A DNA stretch of 64,000 bases from an uncultured Planctomycetales bacterium. GTDB lineage: Bacteria; Omnitrophota; Gorgyraeia; Zapsychrales; JANLHA01. The stretch spans positions 4,952-68,951 of the forward strand of contig CAZQQI010000001.1 in the NCBI GenBank assembly GCA_964595465.1. Direction: 5' to 3'. Made by a program: the position numbers and the translations under genes. Below, piece by piece: positions 48,508 through 61,107 of the stretch. Under the pieces are notes generated by a model, which saw nothing but the letters and a program-made list of their open reading frames with translations, searched no databases and had not been told where the DNA came from. Numbering within the stretch: the first letter of the stretch is position 1; each line of letters starts with the position of its first letter.

Positions 48508-48878
48508 GATTTTGCCTTCTTTGTACCGTACTTTGAGCGGGACTGATTGCGTTTATCAACCCCGGCCGTATCCAATGAACCGCGGACAATATGATACCGC
48601 ACACCCGGCAGGTCCTTCACACGGCCGCCGCGGACCAGCACGATCGAATGCTCCTGCAGGTTGTGGCCTTCTCCCGGAATGTAGGCCGTCACCTCATAAC
48701 GGTTGGAGAGCCTGACCCTGGCGATTTTACGAAGCGCCGAATTCGGCTTCTTCGGGGTCATTGTTTTGACCTGCAGACACACACCGCGCCGCTGCGGGCA
48801 TTCATTCAACGCCCGCGACTTGCTCTTTTTGTGCTTCAGTGTCCTGCTCTTGCGTATCAACTGCTGAATCGTCGGCAT
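48504..48878 (-). CDS. rpsL: 30S ribosomal protein S12
   Basis: MPTI.QL, PKKPNSA, RVKDLPG. Confidence 0.98.
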   Translation of the reverse strand: MPTIQQLIRKSRTLKHKKSKSRALNECPQRRGVCLQVKTMTPKKPNSALRKIARVRLSNRYEVTAYIPGEGHNLQEHSIVLVRGGRVKDLPGVRYHIVRGSLDTAGVDKRNQSRSKYGTKKAKS

Positions 48879-51800
48879 ATTTCACCATGTCCACTTTCGA
48901 ATAATATTTTAACCCTGTTCCCGCCGGGATCAAATGCCCGACAATAACATTCTCTTTTAAACCTCGTAAAAGGTCAATTTTACCACTCGATGCCGCATCT
49001 GTCAAGACTCGAGTTGTCTCCTGAAAACTCGCGGACGAAATAAAGCTGTCCGTGGTCAGCGAGACCTTGGTGATCCCCAATAAAAGCGGGGTCGCCTTGG
49101 CCGGCGTCTTGCCTTTTTTCACCAGCTCTTCGTTCGATTTTTTAAACGCCGGCCGGTCGATCTGCTCGCCGATAAGGAATTCAGATTCTCCCCCGTCGTC
49201 GATGCGTACCTTCTTAAGCATCTGCGCGATGATTAACTCAATATGTTTATCGTTGATACGGACGCCCTGCAGACGATAGACTTCCTGAACCTCGTTCAGC
49301 AGATACTCCTGAACAACCTTATCCCCGCACACCCTCAGGATATCATGCGGAACCACCGGCCCGTCGGTCAGCTGCTGACCGGCAAAAACACGGTCCCCTT
49401 TATAAACATTGGGATGCTTTCCGTGAGGGATGGTGTATTCCTTGGCCATGCCGGTCTCACTGCGGACCATGATCGTCCGGGCGCCCTTACGGTCTTCACC
49501 GAACTCGACCAGACCATCGATCTCACTGATAATCGCCGGCTCCTTAGGCCGCCGGGCTTCAAACAATTCGGCAACACGCGGCAGACCTCCGGTAATATCA
49601 CGGGTCTTGCCCTGCCCGCGGGGGATCTTGGCGATCAGGTCACCAGCCTGCACGGCCTGTTTGTCTTTAACCATAACGTGCGCTCCGACGGGAATAGAAT
49701 ATATTCCCACGACTTCTCCGCTGTCATCCGTAATAATAATCTGCGGATGATACTGCGGTTTATGGTCGACCACAACCCTCTCGGTAATGCCGGTGATCGG
49801 GTTGCTTTCCTCCTGGACGGTCACGTCCTGGATGATGTCCTCAGAATTGACCTTTCCCTTTACCTCGGTAATGATCGGGATAGTATAAGGATCCCAGGTC
49901 GCAAAGATCTGTTCCTTTTTGACTTCAGCCCCGTCGGCAAATTTGATCGTTGCGCCCTGCGGGAGCTGGTAGCGCTCAAATTCACGCCCGAACTCATTGT
50001 TCACACTGATCGACCCGTTCCGGTTCAGGACCACGAATTCATCATTGCGCTGAACAACCCTGAGCTGATGGTAACGGACAAACCCGTCGTTTTTGGCCTG
50101 ATAATGCGACTGCTCAACAGCGCGGCTCGCGGTCCCGCCGATGTGGAACGTACGCATGGTCAGCTGGGTCCCCGGCTCCCCGATACTCTGGGCGGCGATA
50201 ACACCGACGGACTCTCCGACTTCGACCATCCGCTGGGTGGCGAGGTTCCGGCCGTAACAGCGCACACAAACGCCGCGTTCGCTTTCACAGGTCAGCACAC
50301 TGCGGATACGGACCTTCTCTATCCCCAGCTGTTCAATGACCGCGGCCTTCTCTTCACTGATCTCCTGACCGGCTTCAACAACCAGCTGATCCGTCACAAT
50401 ATCGACAATATTATCCAGGGCCACGCGACCGCTGATACGTTCTTTCAGACTGACAACCAGCTCGTCGCCTTCAACGATCGCCGAGACCGTAATTCCGCTC
50501 ATGGTGCCGCAGTCGTCTTCTGTAATAACGACCTCCTGGGCCACGTCCACCAGACGGCGCGTCAGGTATCCAGCGTCAGCGGTTTTCAAAGCCGTATCCG
50601 CCAGCCCCTTCCGGGCCCCGTGAGTCGAAATAAAATATTCCATAACGGTCAGCCCTTCTCGAAAACTTGCCGTGATGGGGTTCTCGATGATCTCGCCCGA
50701 CGGTTTGGCCATCAAACCGCGCATTCCCGAAAGCTGGCGGATCTGCAATTTTGATCCCCGGGCTCCGGAATCCGCCATAATATAAACCGGATTAAACGCG
50801 GTCATCTGCTGGAACACCAGGTCGGAAAGCTTTTCAGTGGTATGCGTCCAGATGTCGATGATCTTATTATACCGCTCACGACCGGTGATGACCCCCTTGC
50901 GGTACTGATCTTCGACCTTGCCGACTTCCTGCTTAGCCTTGGTGATATGCTTTGCCTTATCTTTGGGACTGGTCAGGTCGGCGATGGATATTGAGATGCC
51001 GGCATCTGTTGATGCGAGGAACCCGAATTCTTTGAAGGCATCCAGCATGTTGACGGTCTTCTGCTGTCCGAAACGCTTATAGCAGTCGGCAATAACCGCA
51101 CCGATACGTTTTTTATCCAGCAACTCGTTCACATATCCGTATTCCACCGGAAGGATCTCATTAAAAAGAACCCTCCCCACCGTGGTTTCGATGATCGTCG
51201 GCTTAAGGATCTCCTGCACATCTTCAACATGCTCTTCTCCCTTGACCGCTTTTTCCTGCGAAATGATCAAAGAGGGTTTTTCTTCTCCCCAAAGAGGACG
51301 ATCCAGACGCATACGGATCCTCTCATGCAGCCTCAGCTGCCCATCGTTATGGGCCACGATGACCTCTTCACTATTAGAAAAGATACGTTTGGGTTCTTGC
51401 CCCTCTTCTTCCTTGGTCATGTAATACAAACCTAAAACCATGTCCTGTGTTGGCGACATAATCGGACGCCCGTCAGCTGGAGAAAAAAGATTATTGACCG
51501 AGAGCATCTGCAAACGGCACTCCAGCTGAGCCTCAAGAGACAGGGGCACGTGAACCGCCATTTGGTCTCCATCAAAGTCAGCATTAAACGCGGAACAGAC
51601 CAAAGGATGAAGTTTAATCGCTTTTCCCTCGACAAGAACCGGCTGAAAGGCCTGGACACTCAAGCGGTGCAGGGTCGGAGCGCGGTTCAGCAGAACAGGG
51701 TGATCTTTAATGACCTCATCCAGAATATCCCAGACCTCCAGTTTGGCCCTCTCAACCATGCGTTTGGCACCTTTGATGGTATGGACAAATCCTTTTTCGC

Positions 51801-52938
51801 GTAACTTACGGATAATGAACGGCTCAAAAAGCTCTAATGCCATTTTTTTAGGCAGACCGCATTGATGAAGCTGCAGTTTCGGACCGACAACAATAACCGA
51901 ACGGCCGGAGTAATCCACACGCTTACCCAAAAGATTCATGCGGAAGCGCCCTTGTTTTCCTTTCAGCATATCAGAAAGGGATTTCAAAGGACGGTTTCCG
52001 GATCCCAGAACAGGACGGCCGTGGCGGCCATTATCCAGAAGGGCATCGACCGCCTCCTGCAGCATACGCTTTTCATTGCGGATAATGATCTCCGGAGCGT
52101 TCAAGTCCATCAATTTTTTCAAACGATTATTGCGGTTGATCACCCGGCGGTACAGATCGTTCAGATCGGACGTAGCAAAACGTCCCCCTTCCAGAGGAAC
52201 CAAAGGACGCAGGTCCGGCGGGATGACCGGCAGGGCATCCAGCACCATCCATTCCGCCTTGTTTTCAGAGGCTTTAAAATCTTCGACGATCTTCAAACTC
52301 TTGGCGATCTTTTTCGCGTTGGCACTGGTGGGGCTGGTTTTATTCAGATCCTTGCGGAGTTTTTTGCTCAATGCCTCTAAGTCGGTTTCTGCCAGAAGGT
52401 CTTTAACAGCTTCCGCGCCGATCTTGGCCTTAAACCCCGCCCCGTGCTTGACCAGCGCCTTCTGATATTCATCCTCAGACAGGAACTGACGCGGCTTAAG
52501 CGCGGTATCGCCGGGATCGGTAACCACGTACTCTTCATAATAGATCAGCTTCTCCAGATTGCGCAGAGAAACCTGCAGCAAGGCGGACAAACGGCTGGGA
52601 ACGGCCTTATAAAACCAAATATGCGTCACCGGACAAGCCAATTCGATATGCCCCATACGTTCACGCCGGACAGACGAACGGGAAATCGTCACCCCGCAGC
52701 GGTCACACGTGATGCCGCGGAATTTAATCCCTTTATATTTTCCGCAGTTGCATTCCCAGTCACGGACCGGCCCAAAAATCCTCTCACAGAATAAACCGTC
52801 CTTTTCAGGTTTTAAGGTACGGTAATTCAGGGTTTCCGCTTTTTTGACCATGCCCTGAGACCAGGAATGGATAACCTCCGGTGATGCCACCTGGATCGTA
52901 ATCCGGTCCTGATTCATGATATCCTGTTTTTTTGCCAT
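48802..52938 (-). CDS. rpoC: RNA polymerase beta' subunit (with trigger-loop insertion)
   Basis: NADFDGD, Zn-ribbon Cys residues, TQLTMRTFH...DITGGLPRV. Confidence 0.98.
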   Translation of the reverse strand: MAKKQDIMNQDRITIQVASPEVIHSWSQGMVKKAETLNYRTLKPEKDGLFCERIFGPVRDWECNCGKYKGIKFRGITCDRCGVTISRSSVRRERMGHIELACPVTHIWFYKAVPSRLSALLQVSLRNLEKLIYYEEYVVTDPGDTALKPRQFLSEDEYQKALVKHGAGFKAKIGAEAVKDLLAETDLEALSKKLRKDLNKTSPTSANAKKIAKSLKIVEDFKASENKAEWMVLDALPVIPPDLRPLVPLEGGRFATSDLNDLYRRVINRNNRLKKLMDLNAPEIIIRNEKRMLQEAVDALLDNGRHGRPVLGSGNRPLKSLSDMLKGKQGRFRMNLLGKRVDYSGRSVIVVGPKLQLHQCGLPKKMALELFEPFIIRKLREKGFVHTIKGAKRMVERAKLEVWDILDEVIKDHPVLLNRAPTLHRLSVQAFQPVLVEGKAIKLHPLVCSAFNADFDGDQMAVHVPLSLEAQLECRLQMLSVNNLFSPADGRPIMSPTQDMVLGLYYMTKEEEGQEPKRIFSNSEEVIVAHNDGQLRLHERIRMRLDRPLWGEEKPSLIISQEKAVKGEEHVEDVQEILKPTIIETTVGRVLFNEILPVEYGYVNELLDKKRIGAVIADCYKRFGQQKTVNMLDAFKEFGFLASTDAGISISIADLTSPKDKAKHITKAKQEVGKVEDQYRKGVITGRERYNKIIDIWTHTTEKLSDLVFQQMTAFNPVYIMADSGARGSKLQIRQLSGMRGLMAKPSGEIIENPITASFREGLTVMEYFISTHGARKGLADTALKTADAGYLTRRLVDVAQEVVITEDDCGTMSGITVSAIVEGDELVVSLKERISGRVALDNIVDIVTDQLVVEAGQEISEEKAAVIEQLGIEKVRIRSVLTCESERGVCVRCYGRNLATQRMVEVGESVGVIAAQSIGEPGTQLTMRTFHIGGTASRAVEQSHYQAKNDGFVRYHQLRVVQRNDEFVVLNRNGSISVNNEFGREFERYQLPQGATIKFADGAEVKKEQIFATWDPYTIPIITEVKGKVNSEDIIQDVTVQEESNPITGITERVVVDHKPQYHPQIIITDDSGEVVGIYSIPVGAHVMVKDKQAVQAGDLIAKIPRGQGKTRDITGGLPRVAELFEARRPKEPAIISEIDGLVEFGEDRKGARTIMVRSETGMAKEYTIPHGKHPNVYKGDRVFAGQQLTDGPVVPHDILRVCGDKVVQEYLLNEVQEVYRLQGVRINDKHIELIIAQMLKKVRIDDGGESEFLIGEQIDRPAFKKSNEELVKKGKTPAKATPLLLGITKVSLTTDSFISSASFQETTRVLTDAASSGKIDLLRGLKENVIVGHLIPAGTGLKYYSKVDMVKYADDSAVDTQEQDTEAQKEQVAGVE

Positions 52939-52977
52939 ATGTATCTCTCCTTATGGAGTTGCGTTAGGAACAAAGAA

Positions 52978-55900
52978 TTATGCGTTCTCTTGGTCCGCGG
53001 CTCTTTCCAGCTTAATATCCAGACACAAGCCCTGCAGTTCTTTCACCAGCACATTGAAGGACTCCGGTGTGCCAGTCTGCAGGCGCTGTTCCCCCTTAAC
53101 GATCGCCTCGTAAATCTGGCTGCGCCCCTGCACGTCATCACTTTTAACGGTCAGCATTTCCTGCAGAGTATAGGCGGCGCCGTAAGCTTCCAGAGCCCAC
53201 ACTTCCATTTCACCAAAACGCTGTCCGCCGAAATGCGCCTTTCCGCCCAGCGGCTGCTGGGTGACCAGAGAATACGGCCCGATAGACCGGGCATGTATCT
53301 TCTCGTCGACAAGGTGGTTTAATTTCAGCATATAAATATATCCGACCGTGACTTTCTGGTCAAACGGGCGTCCGGTATACCCGTCATAAACAACGGTCTT
53401 ACCGTCTTCCGGCAGGCCGGCCTCTTTTAACAGATCCCGAATCTCCTGCTCAGTCGCTCCATTAAAAACCGGAGTCTCGGTATGCATCCCCAGGATCTTG
53501 GCGGCCCAGCCCAAATGCGTTTCCAGCAGCTGCCCGACATTCATGCGGGACGGCACCCCGAGAGGGTTCAGAACAATATCGACCGGTGTCCCATCGTCCA
53601 GATACGGCATATCCTCAGACGGCATGATGCGCGAAACGATCCCTTTGTTTCCGTGACGCCCGGCCATCTTGTCGCCTTCCTGAAGCTTGCGTTTCGTGGC
53701 GACATAAACCACGACGCGCTTCAGCACGCCGGCCGGAAGCTCATCCCCGCGCTTGACCCGTTCGATCTCCTGGTCCTCCTCCTCGGCCAGCTCCTGGATC
53801 TTATCTTTGTAAAAGGAGAGCAATTCCCGGGCTTCCGAATCACTCGGCAGAGTGCGAAAATCCAAAGACGCCAGCTTCTTTTCATTGATATCCAAAGCCT
53901 CACAAATCTTGCGCTTCTTCTCTTCTTCGACCAGCACGGCTTCCTGGCGGTAGTATTCCTTAACACGGTCAATCGATTCCTGAATCTTGGCCTTTTCGGC
54001 TTTTGACTTGCGTCCGCGTTCTGCACGCTGGAAAACCTCAGCGTGAACAACAACACCTTCCACCCCGGGAGACAAGGTCACGGATGTATCCCGGATATCC
54101 GCAGCTTTTTCACCAAAGATAGCGCGCAGCAACCGCTCTTCCGGAGACAATTCCTTTTCACTTTTCGGAGTGACTTTCCCGACCAGAATATCTCCCGGCT
54201 TGACCTCCGCGCCGACGCGCACGATCCCCCCTTCGTCAAGATCTTTTAAAGCATCCTCTCCGACATTAGGGATATCACGGGTGATCTCTTCATTTCCCAA
54301 ACGGGTCTCGCGGGCCTCCACTTCAAACCGTTCGACATGGACCGAGGTGAAAACATCATCCCGGACCAAACGCTGATTGATCAGGATCGCGTCTTCAAAG
54401 TTATATCCGCGCCAGGGCATAAACGCCACCAGCACGTTGCGTCCTAATGAAAGACGGCCGTGAGATGTGGCAAATCCGTCTGCAATAATCTGGCCGGCCT
54501 TGACCGTCTCCCCCAACTTAACCAGCGGCTTCTGAATAGTACACGTATTGGCATTCGTCCGTAAAAACGTCTTCAATTTATAACTGTGCTTACCGACCAC
54601 GATCTCCTGACCGTCCACCTTGCTGACCTTACCGTCCTCCCGGGCAATAACCACAACACCGGAATCCCGGGCAACCTTTTCTTCCATACCGGTCCCGACA
54701 AAAGGGACCTCCGGGGTCATCAAAGGCACAGCCTGACGCTGCATATTCGATCCCATCAGAGCCCGGTTGGCGTCATCATGTTCCAGAAACGGGATTAAAG
54801 ACGTGGCCACCGAAACCAACTGCTTCGTCGAAACATCTTTATAATCGATCTGGTCAGCGCTGACACGGGGAAAGTCCGTTTTATACCGGCAGATAAATTC
54901 ATCTCCAGCAAGCTTGCCGTCATCGTCCACAGCGGCGTTAGCCTGGGCAATATATTTTTCCTGATCCACATCCGCGGTGAGATAATCAACATTCTTAGTG
55001 ACCTTGCCGTCCTTGACTTTGTAATACGGTGTTTCAATAAACCCGAGAGGATTGACCCGCGCACATGTTGTCAATGAAGAAATCAAACCGATGTTCGGTC
55101 CTTCCGGTGTTTCGATCGGACAGACACGGCCGTAATGGGTCGGATGCACGTCACGGACCTCAAACCCCGCCCGTTCTCGCGACAGTCCTCCCGGCCCTAA
55201 AGCGCTCAAACGCCGCTTATGGGTCATTTCGGCCAAAGGATTGACCTGATCCATAAACTGCGACAGCTGACTGCGGGCAAAGAAATCATGAACCTGATTG
55301 GAAAATAAGCGGGAATTGATCAGATGATGGGCGGTCAAATTCTCAAAAGTGCTCATGACCACCAGGCGCTCTTTAATGGACCGTTCGAGGCGGGCCAGGC
55401 CAATACGGACCTGGTTCTGAACAAGCTCGCCGACAGATTTAATCCGGCGGTTTCCTAAATGGTCAATATCGTCGGTCTCTCCGCGTCCTTCCCGCAACCC
55501 GATAAGATACGCGATAACTGACGCGACCGTATTGATATCCAAAACCCGGTTTTCCAGAGGCACGCTGGTCCCGAGCTTGCGATTGATAATATGACGGCCG
55601 ACCTTACTCAGATCATATCGTTTAGGATCAAAAAAGAGACGGTAGAACAGGGCCTCGGCCACTTCAATCGTAGCCGGCTCAGTCGGACGCATCTTGCGGT
55701 AAAAATCCAGCAGGGCCTCTTCTTTATTTTCTGTATGATCCTTTTCTAATGTCGGCGCGATTTTATCAAAATCGTCTCCGAACATCTGCTGAAGATCGGC
55801 GTCCGTCGAAAGACCCATGATCCGCAGGATCTGCGTGGCCGGAAAGTTGCGGCGGCGGTCAACATAGGCCAAAAGAATATCATTCAGATCATATTTGATC

Positions 55901-56412
55901 TCAAACCAGGCCCCACGGGAAGGGATGATGCGCCCATGATACAGGCTGCGCCCGCTGGGATGCAGCTCTTCTTCAAAGGAAACCCCCGGAGGACGCTGAA
56001 TCTGAGAAACCACAACCCGTTCATCACCATTTATCACGAACGTTCCGGTATCGGTCATGAGAGGAATATCACCGAAATAAACTTCCTGCTCTTTAATGTC
56101 GACCGGAGTGATCAGACGAAGTTTCACCTTGAGCGGCGCGGCATAGGTCATACTGCGGCGCTGGCATTCGTCGCTGAAATATTTTGGTTTACCAAACGTG
56201 TAACTCAGGTATTCCAGCTTGACCTGCCCGTCATAACTCTCCAGAGGAAAGACCTCGCGGAAAACCTCTTCCAGACCCTGATCATTGCGCTCGTTCTCAT
56301 CGTTATCATACTGCAGAAATTCTCTGTACGCGACAGTCTGGATATCAAGTAAGGACGGCAATTCAAAATGATCCCGAATCTTACCGAAGTTTTTGATATT
56401 CAATGTGTCCAT
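52978..56412 (-). CDS. rpoB: RNA polymerase beta subunit
   Basis: [29 protein letters not shown]. Confidence 0.98.
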   Translation of the reverse strand: MDTLNIKNFGKIRDHFELPSLLDIQTVAYREFLQYDNDENERNDQGLEEVFREVFPLESYDGQVKLEYLSYTFGKPKYFSDECQRRSMTYAAPLKVKLRLITPVDIKEQEVYFGDIPLMTDTGTFVINGDERVVVSQIQRPPGVSFEEELHPSGRSLYHGRIIPSRGAWFEIKYDLNDILLAYVDRRRNFPATQILRIMGLSTDADLQQMFGDDFDKIAPTLEKDHTENKEEALLDFYRKMRPTEPATIEVAEALFYRLFFDPKRYDLSKVGRHIINRKLGTSVPLENRVLDINTVASVIAYLIGLREGRGETDDIDHLGNRRIKSVGELVQNQVRIGLARLERSIKERLVVMSTFENLTAHHLINSRLFSNQVHDFFARSQLSQFMDQVNPLAEMTHKRRLSALGPGGLSRERAGFEVRDVHPTHYGRVCPIETPEGPNIGLISSLTTCARVNPLGFIETPYYKVKDGKVTKNVDYLTADVDQEKYIAQANAAVDDDGKLAGDEFICRYKTDFPRVSADQIDYKDVSTKQLVSVATSLIPFLEHDDANRALMGSNMQRQAVPLMTPEVPFVGTGMEEKVARDSGVVVIAREDGKVSKVDGQEIVVGKHSYKLKTFLRTNANTCTIQKPLVKLGETVKAGQIIADGFATSHGRLSLGRNVLVAFMPWRGYNFEDAILINQRLVRDDVFTSVHVERFEVEARETRLGNEEITRDIPNVGEDALKDLDEGGIVRVGAEVKPGDILVGKVTPKSEKELSPEERLLRAIFGEKAADIRDTSVTLSPGVEGVVVHAEVFQRAERGRKSKAEKAKIQESIDRVKEYYRQEAVLVEEEKKRKICEALDINEKKLASLDFRTLPSDSEARELLSFYKDKIQELAEEEDQEIERVKRGDELPAGVLKRVVVYVATKRKLQEGDKMAGRHGNKGIVSRIMPSEDMPYLDDGTPVDIVLNPLGVPSRMNVGQLLETHLGWAAKILGMHTETPVFNGATEQEIRDLLKEAGLPEDGKTVVYDGYTGRPFDQKVTVGYIYMLKLNHLVDEKIHARSIGPYSLVTQQPLGGKAHFGGQRFGEMEVWALEAYGAAYTLQEMLTVKSDDVQGRSQIYEAIVKGEQRLQTGTPESFNVLVKELQGLCLDIKLERAADQENA

Positions 56413-56480
56413 AAGTGCCTTGGGGTTGTGGTTGTTAGGAAATCAGAACCTGAATGCGTGCTGGTGTGGTATATACAACA

Positions 56481-56530
56481 GTGCGACGCCGAATAGCAGA
56501 CCCCCTGCGGTCTGCCATTCAGCATCACAC
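56481..56530 (-). other. 22-bp RNA hairpin in the rplL-rpoB spacer
   Basis: 22 contiguous pairs including 4 G-U on the mRNA strand, with a 6-nt loop. Confidence 0.8.
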
Positions 56531-56550
56531 GTCTGTCTATCAAAAACGCC

Positions 56551-56988
56551 TTATTTGATCTCGACCTTGGCGCCCGCACCTTCAAGCTTTTTCTTGAGCT
56601 CTTCGGCCTCTTCTTTGGAAACGCCTTCTTTAACCGCTTTCGGAGCGGATTCGACAAGCTCCTTGGCCTCTTTAAGACCCAGACTGGTGATGCCGCGGAC
56701 TTCTTTGATCACGCCGATCTTCTGTCCGCCGATATCAGTCAGAACAACGTCAAATTCGGTCTTTTCTTCCGCCGCGCCGCCGGCTTCGCCGCCTGCTGCA
56801 GCACCGGGCATCATCATGCCGGCCGCCATGGGGGCAGCCGCCTGGATACCGAGGCGGTCTTCCAGACCTTTGACTAAATCAGCCAATTCCAATGCGGTCA
56901 AGCCTTCGATCTCCTTGGCGATCGCTTCGAGTTTTTCGGAAAGAACCACGCTTTCCTTTTGCTCTTCTGTATTTGTCGCTTCAGACAT
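56551..56988 (-). CDS. rplL: 50S ribosomal protein L7/L12
   Basis: EKTEFDV, KI.VIK.VR, GLKEAK. Confidence 0.97.
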   Translation of the reverse strand: MSEATNTEEQKESVVLSEKLEAIAKEIEGLTALELADLVKGLEDRLGIQAAAPMAAGMMMPGAAAGGEAGGAAEEKTEFDVVLTDIGGQKIGVIKEVRGITSLGLKEAKELVESAPKAVKEGVSKEEAEELKKKLEGAGAKVEIK

Positions 56989-56989
56989 C

Positions 56990-57523
56990 TTAACTACCTC
57001 CCTTTTGTTCACTTAATTGTTTCAATATCGATAAAAGATCCCTGGACTTCGCGTTCAGTGCTCCGGCGAGCCGGGTTAACGGCGCCAGGATCGTTCCCAT
57101 AAGCTGCGCTTGAAGAACCTCTTTGGCCGGCAGATCTGCCAGACGTTTGATCTCTTCCTGCGCCAGGACAGTACCGTCGAGTACGGCGCCCTGTATATCA
57201 AATCCCTCACAGTCTTTTGCAAAATCTGTCAGGGCTTTAGCGACAGACACAGAATCCGCGCTGGACCAGGCAAAGGCGGTCTGTTCAGGTCCGATCACAT
57301 CTGCCAGGGATTCCATCTCCATTTCTTTCAGGGTCAATCTGGCGATGCGCTTTTTCGTCACCTGAACGCCAACACCCAGATCCCGCATATTCTGCCGAAG
57401 CGCATCCATCTGTGTGCCTTTAACCGAAGAAAAATTGACAACAAAGGTCACCTGATGATTGCCGACCCCCTCTTTGATCTGACTGGCAATGCTTTCTCTG
57501 ATAATCTGTCCGACTTGTCCCAT
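56990..57523 (-). CDS. rplJ: 50S ribosomal protein L10
   Basis: LA.LP.KE.L.A motif; position between rplA and rplL. Confidence 0.92.
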   Translation of the reverse strand: MGQVGQIIRESIASQIKEGVGNHQVTFVVNFSSVKGTQMDALRQNMRDLGVGVQVTKKRIARLTLKEMEMESLADVIGPEQTAFAWSSADSVSVAKALTDFAKDCEGFDIQGAVLDGTVLAQEEIKRLADLPAKEVLQAQLMGTILAPLTRLAGALNAKSRDLLSILKQLSEQKGGS

Positions 57524-57547
57524 ATCATCCTCGCTCTATTGTCTGTC

Positions 57548-58228
57548 TTACAGCGCGATCCGGAGCCCGGGGCCCATGGTCGTTGACAGTGACAGCGTCT
57601 TGATTAAATTTCCTTTAACCGATGCCGGCTTGGCATGCTCCAAAGCATCGAGAACATGCTTAATGTTTTGCTGGATCTGCTCTTTCGTGAAAGACCTCTT
57701 ACCGACACCGACGTGAACCCCAGACTGCTTATCGACCTTGAATTCCACGCGCCCGGCCTTAAGCTCCTTAACGACCCGTTCGATATCCGTGGTCACCGTC
57801 CCGGCTTTGGGGCTGGGCATCAGGCCCCGCGGACCCAAAATCTTCCCCAACTTACTCAAATCCCGCATCATATCCGGTGCGGCAACGACACAATCAAAAT
57901 CCATGAACCCGTTGGCGATCTTATCGATCAGATCTTCGCCTCCGACAAAATCTGCTCCAGCGGATTCAGCGTCCTGAACAGCTTCGCCTTTACAGACCAC
58001 AGCCACACTGACCGACTTTCCTGTTCCATGAGGCAGCATGACCGTTCCGCGCACCATCTGATCGGAACTCTTAGGGTTCACGTTCAGCAAAAAATGCAGT
58101 TCAACGGTCTCATCAAAATTTGTTTTGGGAAATTGATCCAGCTGTTCCACGGCATCATTCAGACCGTGCGTTTCTTCAGAAGGAAATGCTTCCTGGATAG
58201 CCTTTTTACGTTTGCTCAATTTCGTCAT
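57548..58228 (-). CDS. rplA: 50S ribosomal protein L1
   Basis: FDETVE, RG...LPHGTGK, LGPRGLMP.PK.GT, TMGPG. Confidence 0.97.
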   Translation of the reverse strand: MTKLSKRKKAIQEAFPSEETHGLNDAVEQLDQFPKTNFDETVELHFLLNVNPKSSDQMVRGTVMLPHGTGKSVSVAVVCKGEAVQDAESAGADFVGGEDLIDKIANGFMDFDCVVAAPDMMRDLSKLGKILGPRGLMPSPKAGTVTTDIERVVKELKAGRVEFKVDKQSGVHVGVGKRSFTKEQIQQNIKHVLDALEHAKPASVKGNLIKTLSLSTTMGPGLRIAL

Positions 58229-58229
58229 T

Positions 58230-58655
58230 TTAGTCCACCACCTTGATTCCCATGCTCCGGGCCGTCCCCTCAATGATCAGAGCCGCCTGTTGAAGATCAT
58301 TGGTGTTCAGATCTTCCAGTTTGGTCTGGGCGATCTCGTTCACCTGGGCACGGTTGATCTCGGCGATCGTCTCCTTACCTGCTAATCCGGAAGCCTTGGC
58401 CAAATTGGCGGCCTTTTTGATCAACACAGAACTCGGAGGTGTTTTGATCACAAAGTCAAAGGACTTATCCTTATAAACCTTGATTACAGCCGGCAAAATC
58501 GTGCCTTCCCGGCCCTTGGTCTGATCATTAAAGGCCTTACAGAAGCCCATAATATTCACGCCGTGCTGCCCCAACGCGGGCCCAACCGGCGGGGCCGGAT
58601 TGGCCTGTCCGGCCGGAACATACAATTTAATCTGAGCGATAACTTCTTTAGCCAT
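58230..58655 (-). CDS. rplK: 50S ribosomal protein L11
   Basis: [18 protein letters not shown]. Confidence 0.98.
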   Translation of the reverse strand: MAKEVIAQIKLYVPAGQANPAPPVGPALGQHGVNIMGFCKAFNDQTKGREGTILPAVIKVYKDKSFDFVIKTPPSSVLIKKAANLAKASGLAGKETIAEINRAQVNEIAQTKLEDLNTNDLQQAALIIEGTARSMGIKVVD

Positions 58656-58656
58656 G

Positions 58657-59181
58657 TTAAATCTTCTCCACTTGCCAGTATTCTAATTCCACCAGGGTTG
58701 AACGGCCGAAAATCGGCACGCTCACTTTGAGTTTTCCCCGGTCCGGGAAGACCTCGGTGACCTGGCCGTTAAAATTCGCGAACGGACCTTCCGCGATCCT
58801 CACCGGTTCACCCTCTTCAAACACAACCTTCGGGCTCGGTTTGGTTTCTGTATCTTCGGTCCGTTTAATGATCGCCTGAACTTCTTCCTCGGAGATAGGC
58901 GTAGGGCGCCGGCCCGGCCCGATAAAACCGGTTATCCCCGGGGTACTCTTCACCAGGTACCAGCTCTCCTTAGACATTTCCATCTTCACTAATATATAGC
59001 CCGGAAAAAACTTCCGTTCCGCAATGCGTTTTTTCCCGCCGCGGACTTCAGAGACCTGTTCGGTCGGGACAACAATCTCTCCGATAAATTCTTTGAGATT
59101 GGTTGTCTCCATGCGGTTTTCCAGACCTGCCCTGGCCTTTTCCTCCGCCCCTGTCTGTGTATGGATCACATACCACTTCAT
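58657..59181 (-). CDS. nusG: Transcription factor NusG
   Basis: WYV, FPGY, GPF..F.G, IFGR.T..EL. Confidence 0.97.
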   Translation of the reverse strand: MKWYVIHTQTGAEEKARAGLENRMETTNLKEFIGEIVVPTEQVSEVRGGKKRIAERKFFPGYILVKMEMSKESWYLVKSTPGITGFIGPGRRPTPISEEEVQAIIKRTEDTETKPSPKVVFEEGEPVRIAEGPFANFNGQVTEVFPDRGKLKVSVPIFGRSTLVELEYWQVEKI

Positions 59182-59185
59182 AATG

Positions 59186-59371
59186 TCACCTGATGACCAC
59201 GCCGATAAATTTTGAAAGAACAAAATCGGTCACGGCGATAAAGATCCCTAAAAATGCGCTGCTGATGATCACGACCCAGGTCGAATGGATCAATTCCTTT
59301 CGGCTGGTCCAGGAAACCTTTTTCAGTTCCGCGACCACCTCTTTTATGAATTTTCCGAATCGTCCGAACAT
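59186..59371 (-). CDS. secE: Preprotein translocase SecE
   Basis: EL.KV.W, single TM helix; AAGGA SD. Confidence 0.93.
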   Translation of the reverse strand: MFGRFGKFIKEVVAELKKVSWTSRKELIHSTWVVIISSAFLGIFIAVTDFVLSKFIGVVIR

Positions 59372-59393
59372 ATCGTTCCTTACCATGAATTAA

Positions 59394-59467
59394 CAGGCCT
59401 GGTAGGATTCGAACCTACAACACACGGTTTTGGAGACCGTTGCTCTGCCAGTTGGAGCTACAGGCCT
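59394..59467 (-). tRNA. tRNA-Trp(CCA), CCA end not encoded
   Basis: AGGCCTG acceptor stem, ACGGT-CTCCAAA-ACCGT, GGTTCGAATCC. Confidence 0.95.
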
Positions 59468-59517
59468 ATGAAATATTTGCAGATGTTCTTACCAAAACCG
59501 CGGCTCGGGTCGCGGCA

Positions 59518-59670
59518 TTACTTTTTCTTTTCCCGGTGCAGAGTGTGCCTGCGGTCGAAGCGGCAATACTTCTTAAGTTCGATCCGCTCCGGATGCTTGC
59601 GCTTATCTTTAGTGCTGCTGTAATTGATCCGACGGCATTCTGTGCATTCAAACTGTATGTTCTCTCGCAT
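59518..59670 (-). CDS. rpmG: 50S ribosomal protein L33
   Basis: CTEC...NY...[13 protein letters not shown]. Confidence 0.95.
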   Translation of the reverse strand: MRENIQFECTECRRINYSSTKDKRKHPERIELKKYCRFDRRHTLHREKKK

Positions 59671-59691
59671 GATTCCGATCTCTTGATTATA

Positions 59692-59764
<73 letters not shown>

Positions 59765-59782
59765 AAAAATAAATGAACCAAT

Positions 59783-59827
59783 AGTATAGTGTTTGACCTA
59801 TATTTTGTCAAGTTTTTATTTTTTTTC
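59783..59827 (-). promoter_or_regulatory. Strong sigma70 promoter with UP element heading the supercluster
   Basis: A-tract, then TTGACA-N17-TATACT. Confidence 0.8.
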
Positions 59828-59859
59828 ATAAGGATTGTATGTCTTTGTCAATACTCGAC

Positions 59860-61023
59860 TTATCGATCTTCTCCAGCCGTCAGACGCAAAAAACGGCGTT
59901 TGCCGATTTTTAAAACTCCGGGCCGGGGCTCCCAGGACTCTTCCCGGACAGCTTCCCCTTCGCTGGAAACCGCGCCCTGCTTTAAAAGCCGGCGGGCCTC
60001 GTTACGGGAAGAAGCCATGCCGGATCCTGATAAAATATCAAGCAACGCATCCTTTCCGGTCAGGACATATTCCGGCATGTCGTCCGGCAGCTCTTTTTGA
60101 GCAAAAACGCGTTCAAATTCGCGGCGGGCGCAGACAGCATCTTCGGCTGTATAAAACTGTTCAACGATACGCTCGCCCAGCTGAAGCTTGGCATCTTTAG
60201 GGTGCATGTCCTGGACCCTTTCGAGATCGTCTTCGGTCAGCACCTCATAATAACGCATCATCAGATCATCGCTGATCGACATGATCTTGCCCAGGATCTC
60301 AGCGGCGGGCTCATCGATGCCAATGTAATTATCCAGCGATTTACTCATTTTTTTAACGCCGTCCAGACCTTCCAGCAGAGGGGTCATCACGACGTCCTGC
60401 GGCTTCTGCCCCAGGGACTCCTGGATCTGACGCCCCATCAGCAGGTTGAACTTCTGATCATTTCCACCGACCTCGATATCAGCATGAAGATGAAAAGAAT
60501 CATACCCCTGCAGCAAGGGATAAAGAAATTCCATAATGCTGATCTCCGTTCCAGACTCATAACGTTTCTTAAAATCCGAACGGGCCAGCATCTGGGCCAC
60601 TGTGGAATATGCGGTAAGCTCCAGCATTTTTCGGGCACCCAGATCATTGAGCCAGTCAAAATTATAAACCACCTCTAACTTATCAGGATCGTCGTCCAAA
60701 ATCTTAAGTGCCTGACGGGTATAGGTCTCCGCGTTCGCGCGGACAAACTCCAGATCAAGTGCCGGCCGCAGCTCATTGCGCCCGGTGGGATCGCCGACCA
60801 AGGCCGTAAAATCCCCAATCAAAAAAAGAACCTTGTGCCCCAGGTCCTGGAACTGCCTCAACTTACGCAACAAAACCACATGCCCCAAATGAATGTCCGG
60901 AGCTGTAGGATCGAATCCGGCCTTAACACGCAGAGGCTTACCCGCAATGAGCTTCTTTTCCAGCGACTCGCGGCTGATCATATCGGTCGTGCCGCGGGAA
61001 ATTGTCTTGATAGCATCGTTCAT
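59860..61023 (-). CDS. tyrS: Tyrosyl-tRNA synthetase
   Basis: GFDPTAPD.HLGH, YPLLQGYD, GG.DQ, KMSKS, S4-like C-terminus. Confidence 0.97.
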   Translation of the reverse strand: MNDAIKTISRGTTDMISRESLEKKLIAGKPLRVKAGFDPTAPDIHLGHVVLLRKLRQFQDLGHKVLFLIGDFTALVGDPTGRNELRPALDLEFVRANAETYTRQALKILDDDPDKLEVVYNFDWLNDLGARKMLELTAYSTVAQMLARSDFKKRYESGTEISIMEFLYPLLQGYDSFHLHADIEVGGNDQKFNLLMGRQIQESLGQKPQDVVMTPLLEGLDGVKKMSKSLDNYIGIDEPAAEILGKIMSISDDLMMRYYEVLTEDDLERVQDMHPKDAKLQLGERIVEQFYTAEDAVCARREFERVFAQKELPDDMPEYVLTGKDALLDILSGSGMASSRNEARRLLKQGAVSSEGEAVREESWEPRPGVLKIGKRRFLRLTAGEDR

Positions 61024-61040
61024 GATCAGGGGAAACCCAA

Positions 61041-61071
61041 AGGCCAAGGGGCAACAGCTGCCCCTTGGCCT
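61041..61071 (-). terminator. Perfect 13-bp hairpin after rpsA (weak U-tract)
   Basis: AGGCCAAGGGGCA-N5-TGCCCCTTGGCCT followed by TTGGGTTT. Confidence 0.55.
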
Positions 61072-61107
61072 GCGGTAATGATATCTCATCCTATACGATG
61101 AGAACGT

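Noticed and set aside
49243-50754. Long plus-strand ORFs antisense to real genes (503 aa here; also 28032-29195, 6487-7389, 7554-8411)
   Set aside because: They are shadow frames of well-conserved minus-strand genes, with no motifs or RBS
55190-55285. RpoB rifampicin-resistance region
   Set aside because: The Q, D, H and S positions match the sensitive consensus
59830-59851. Second TTGACA upstream of the tRNA-Thr promoter
   Set aside because: No acceptable -10 box at 16-18 nt
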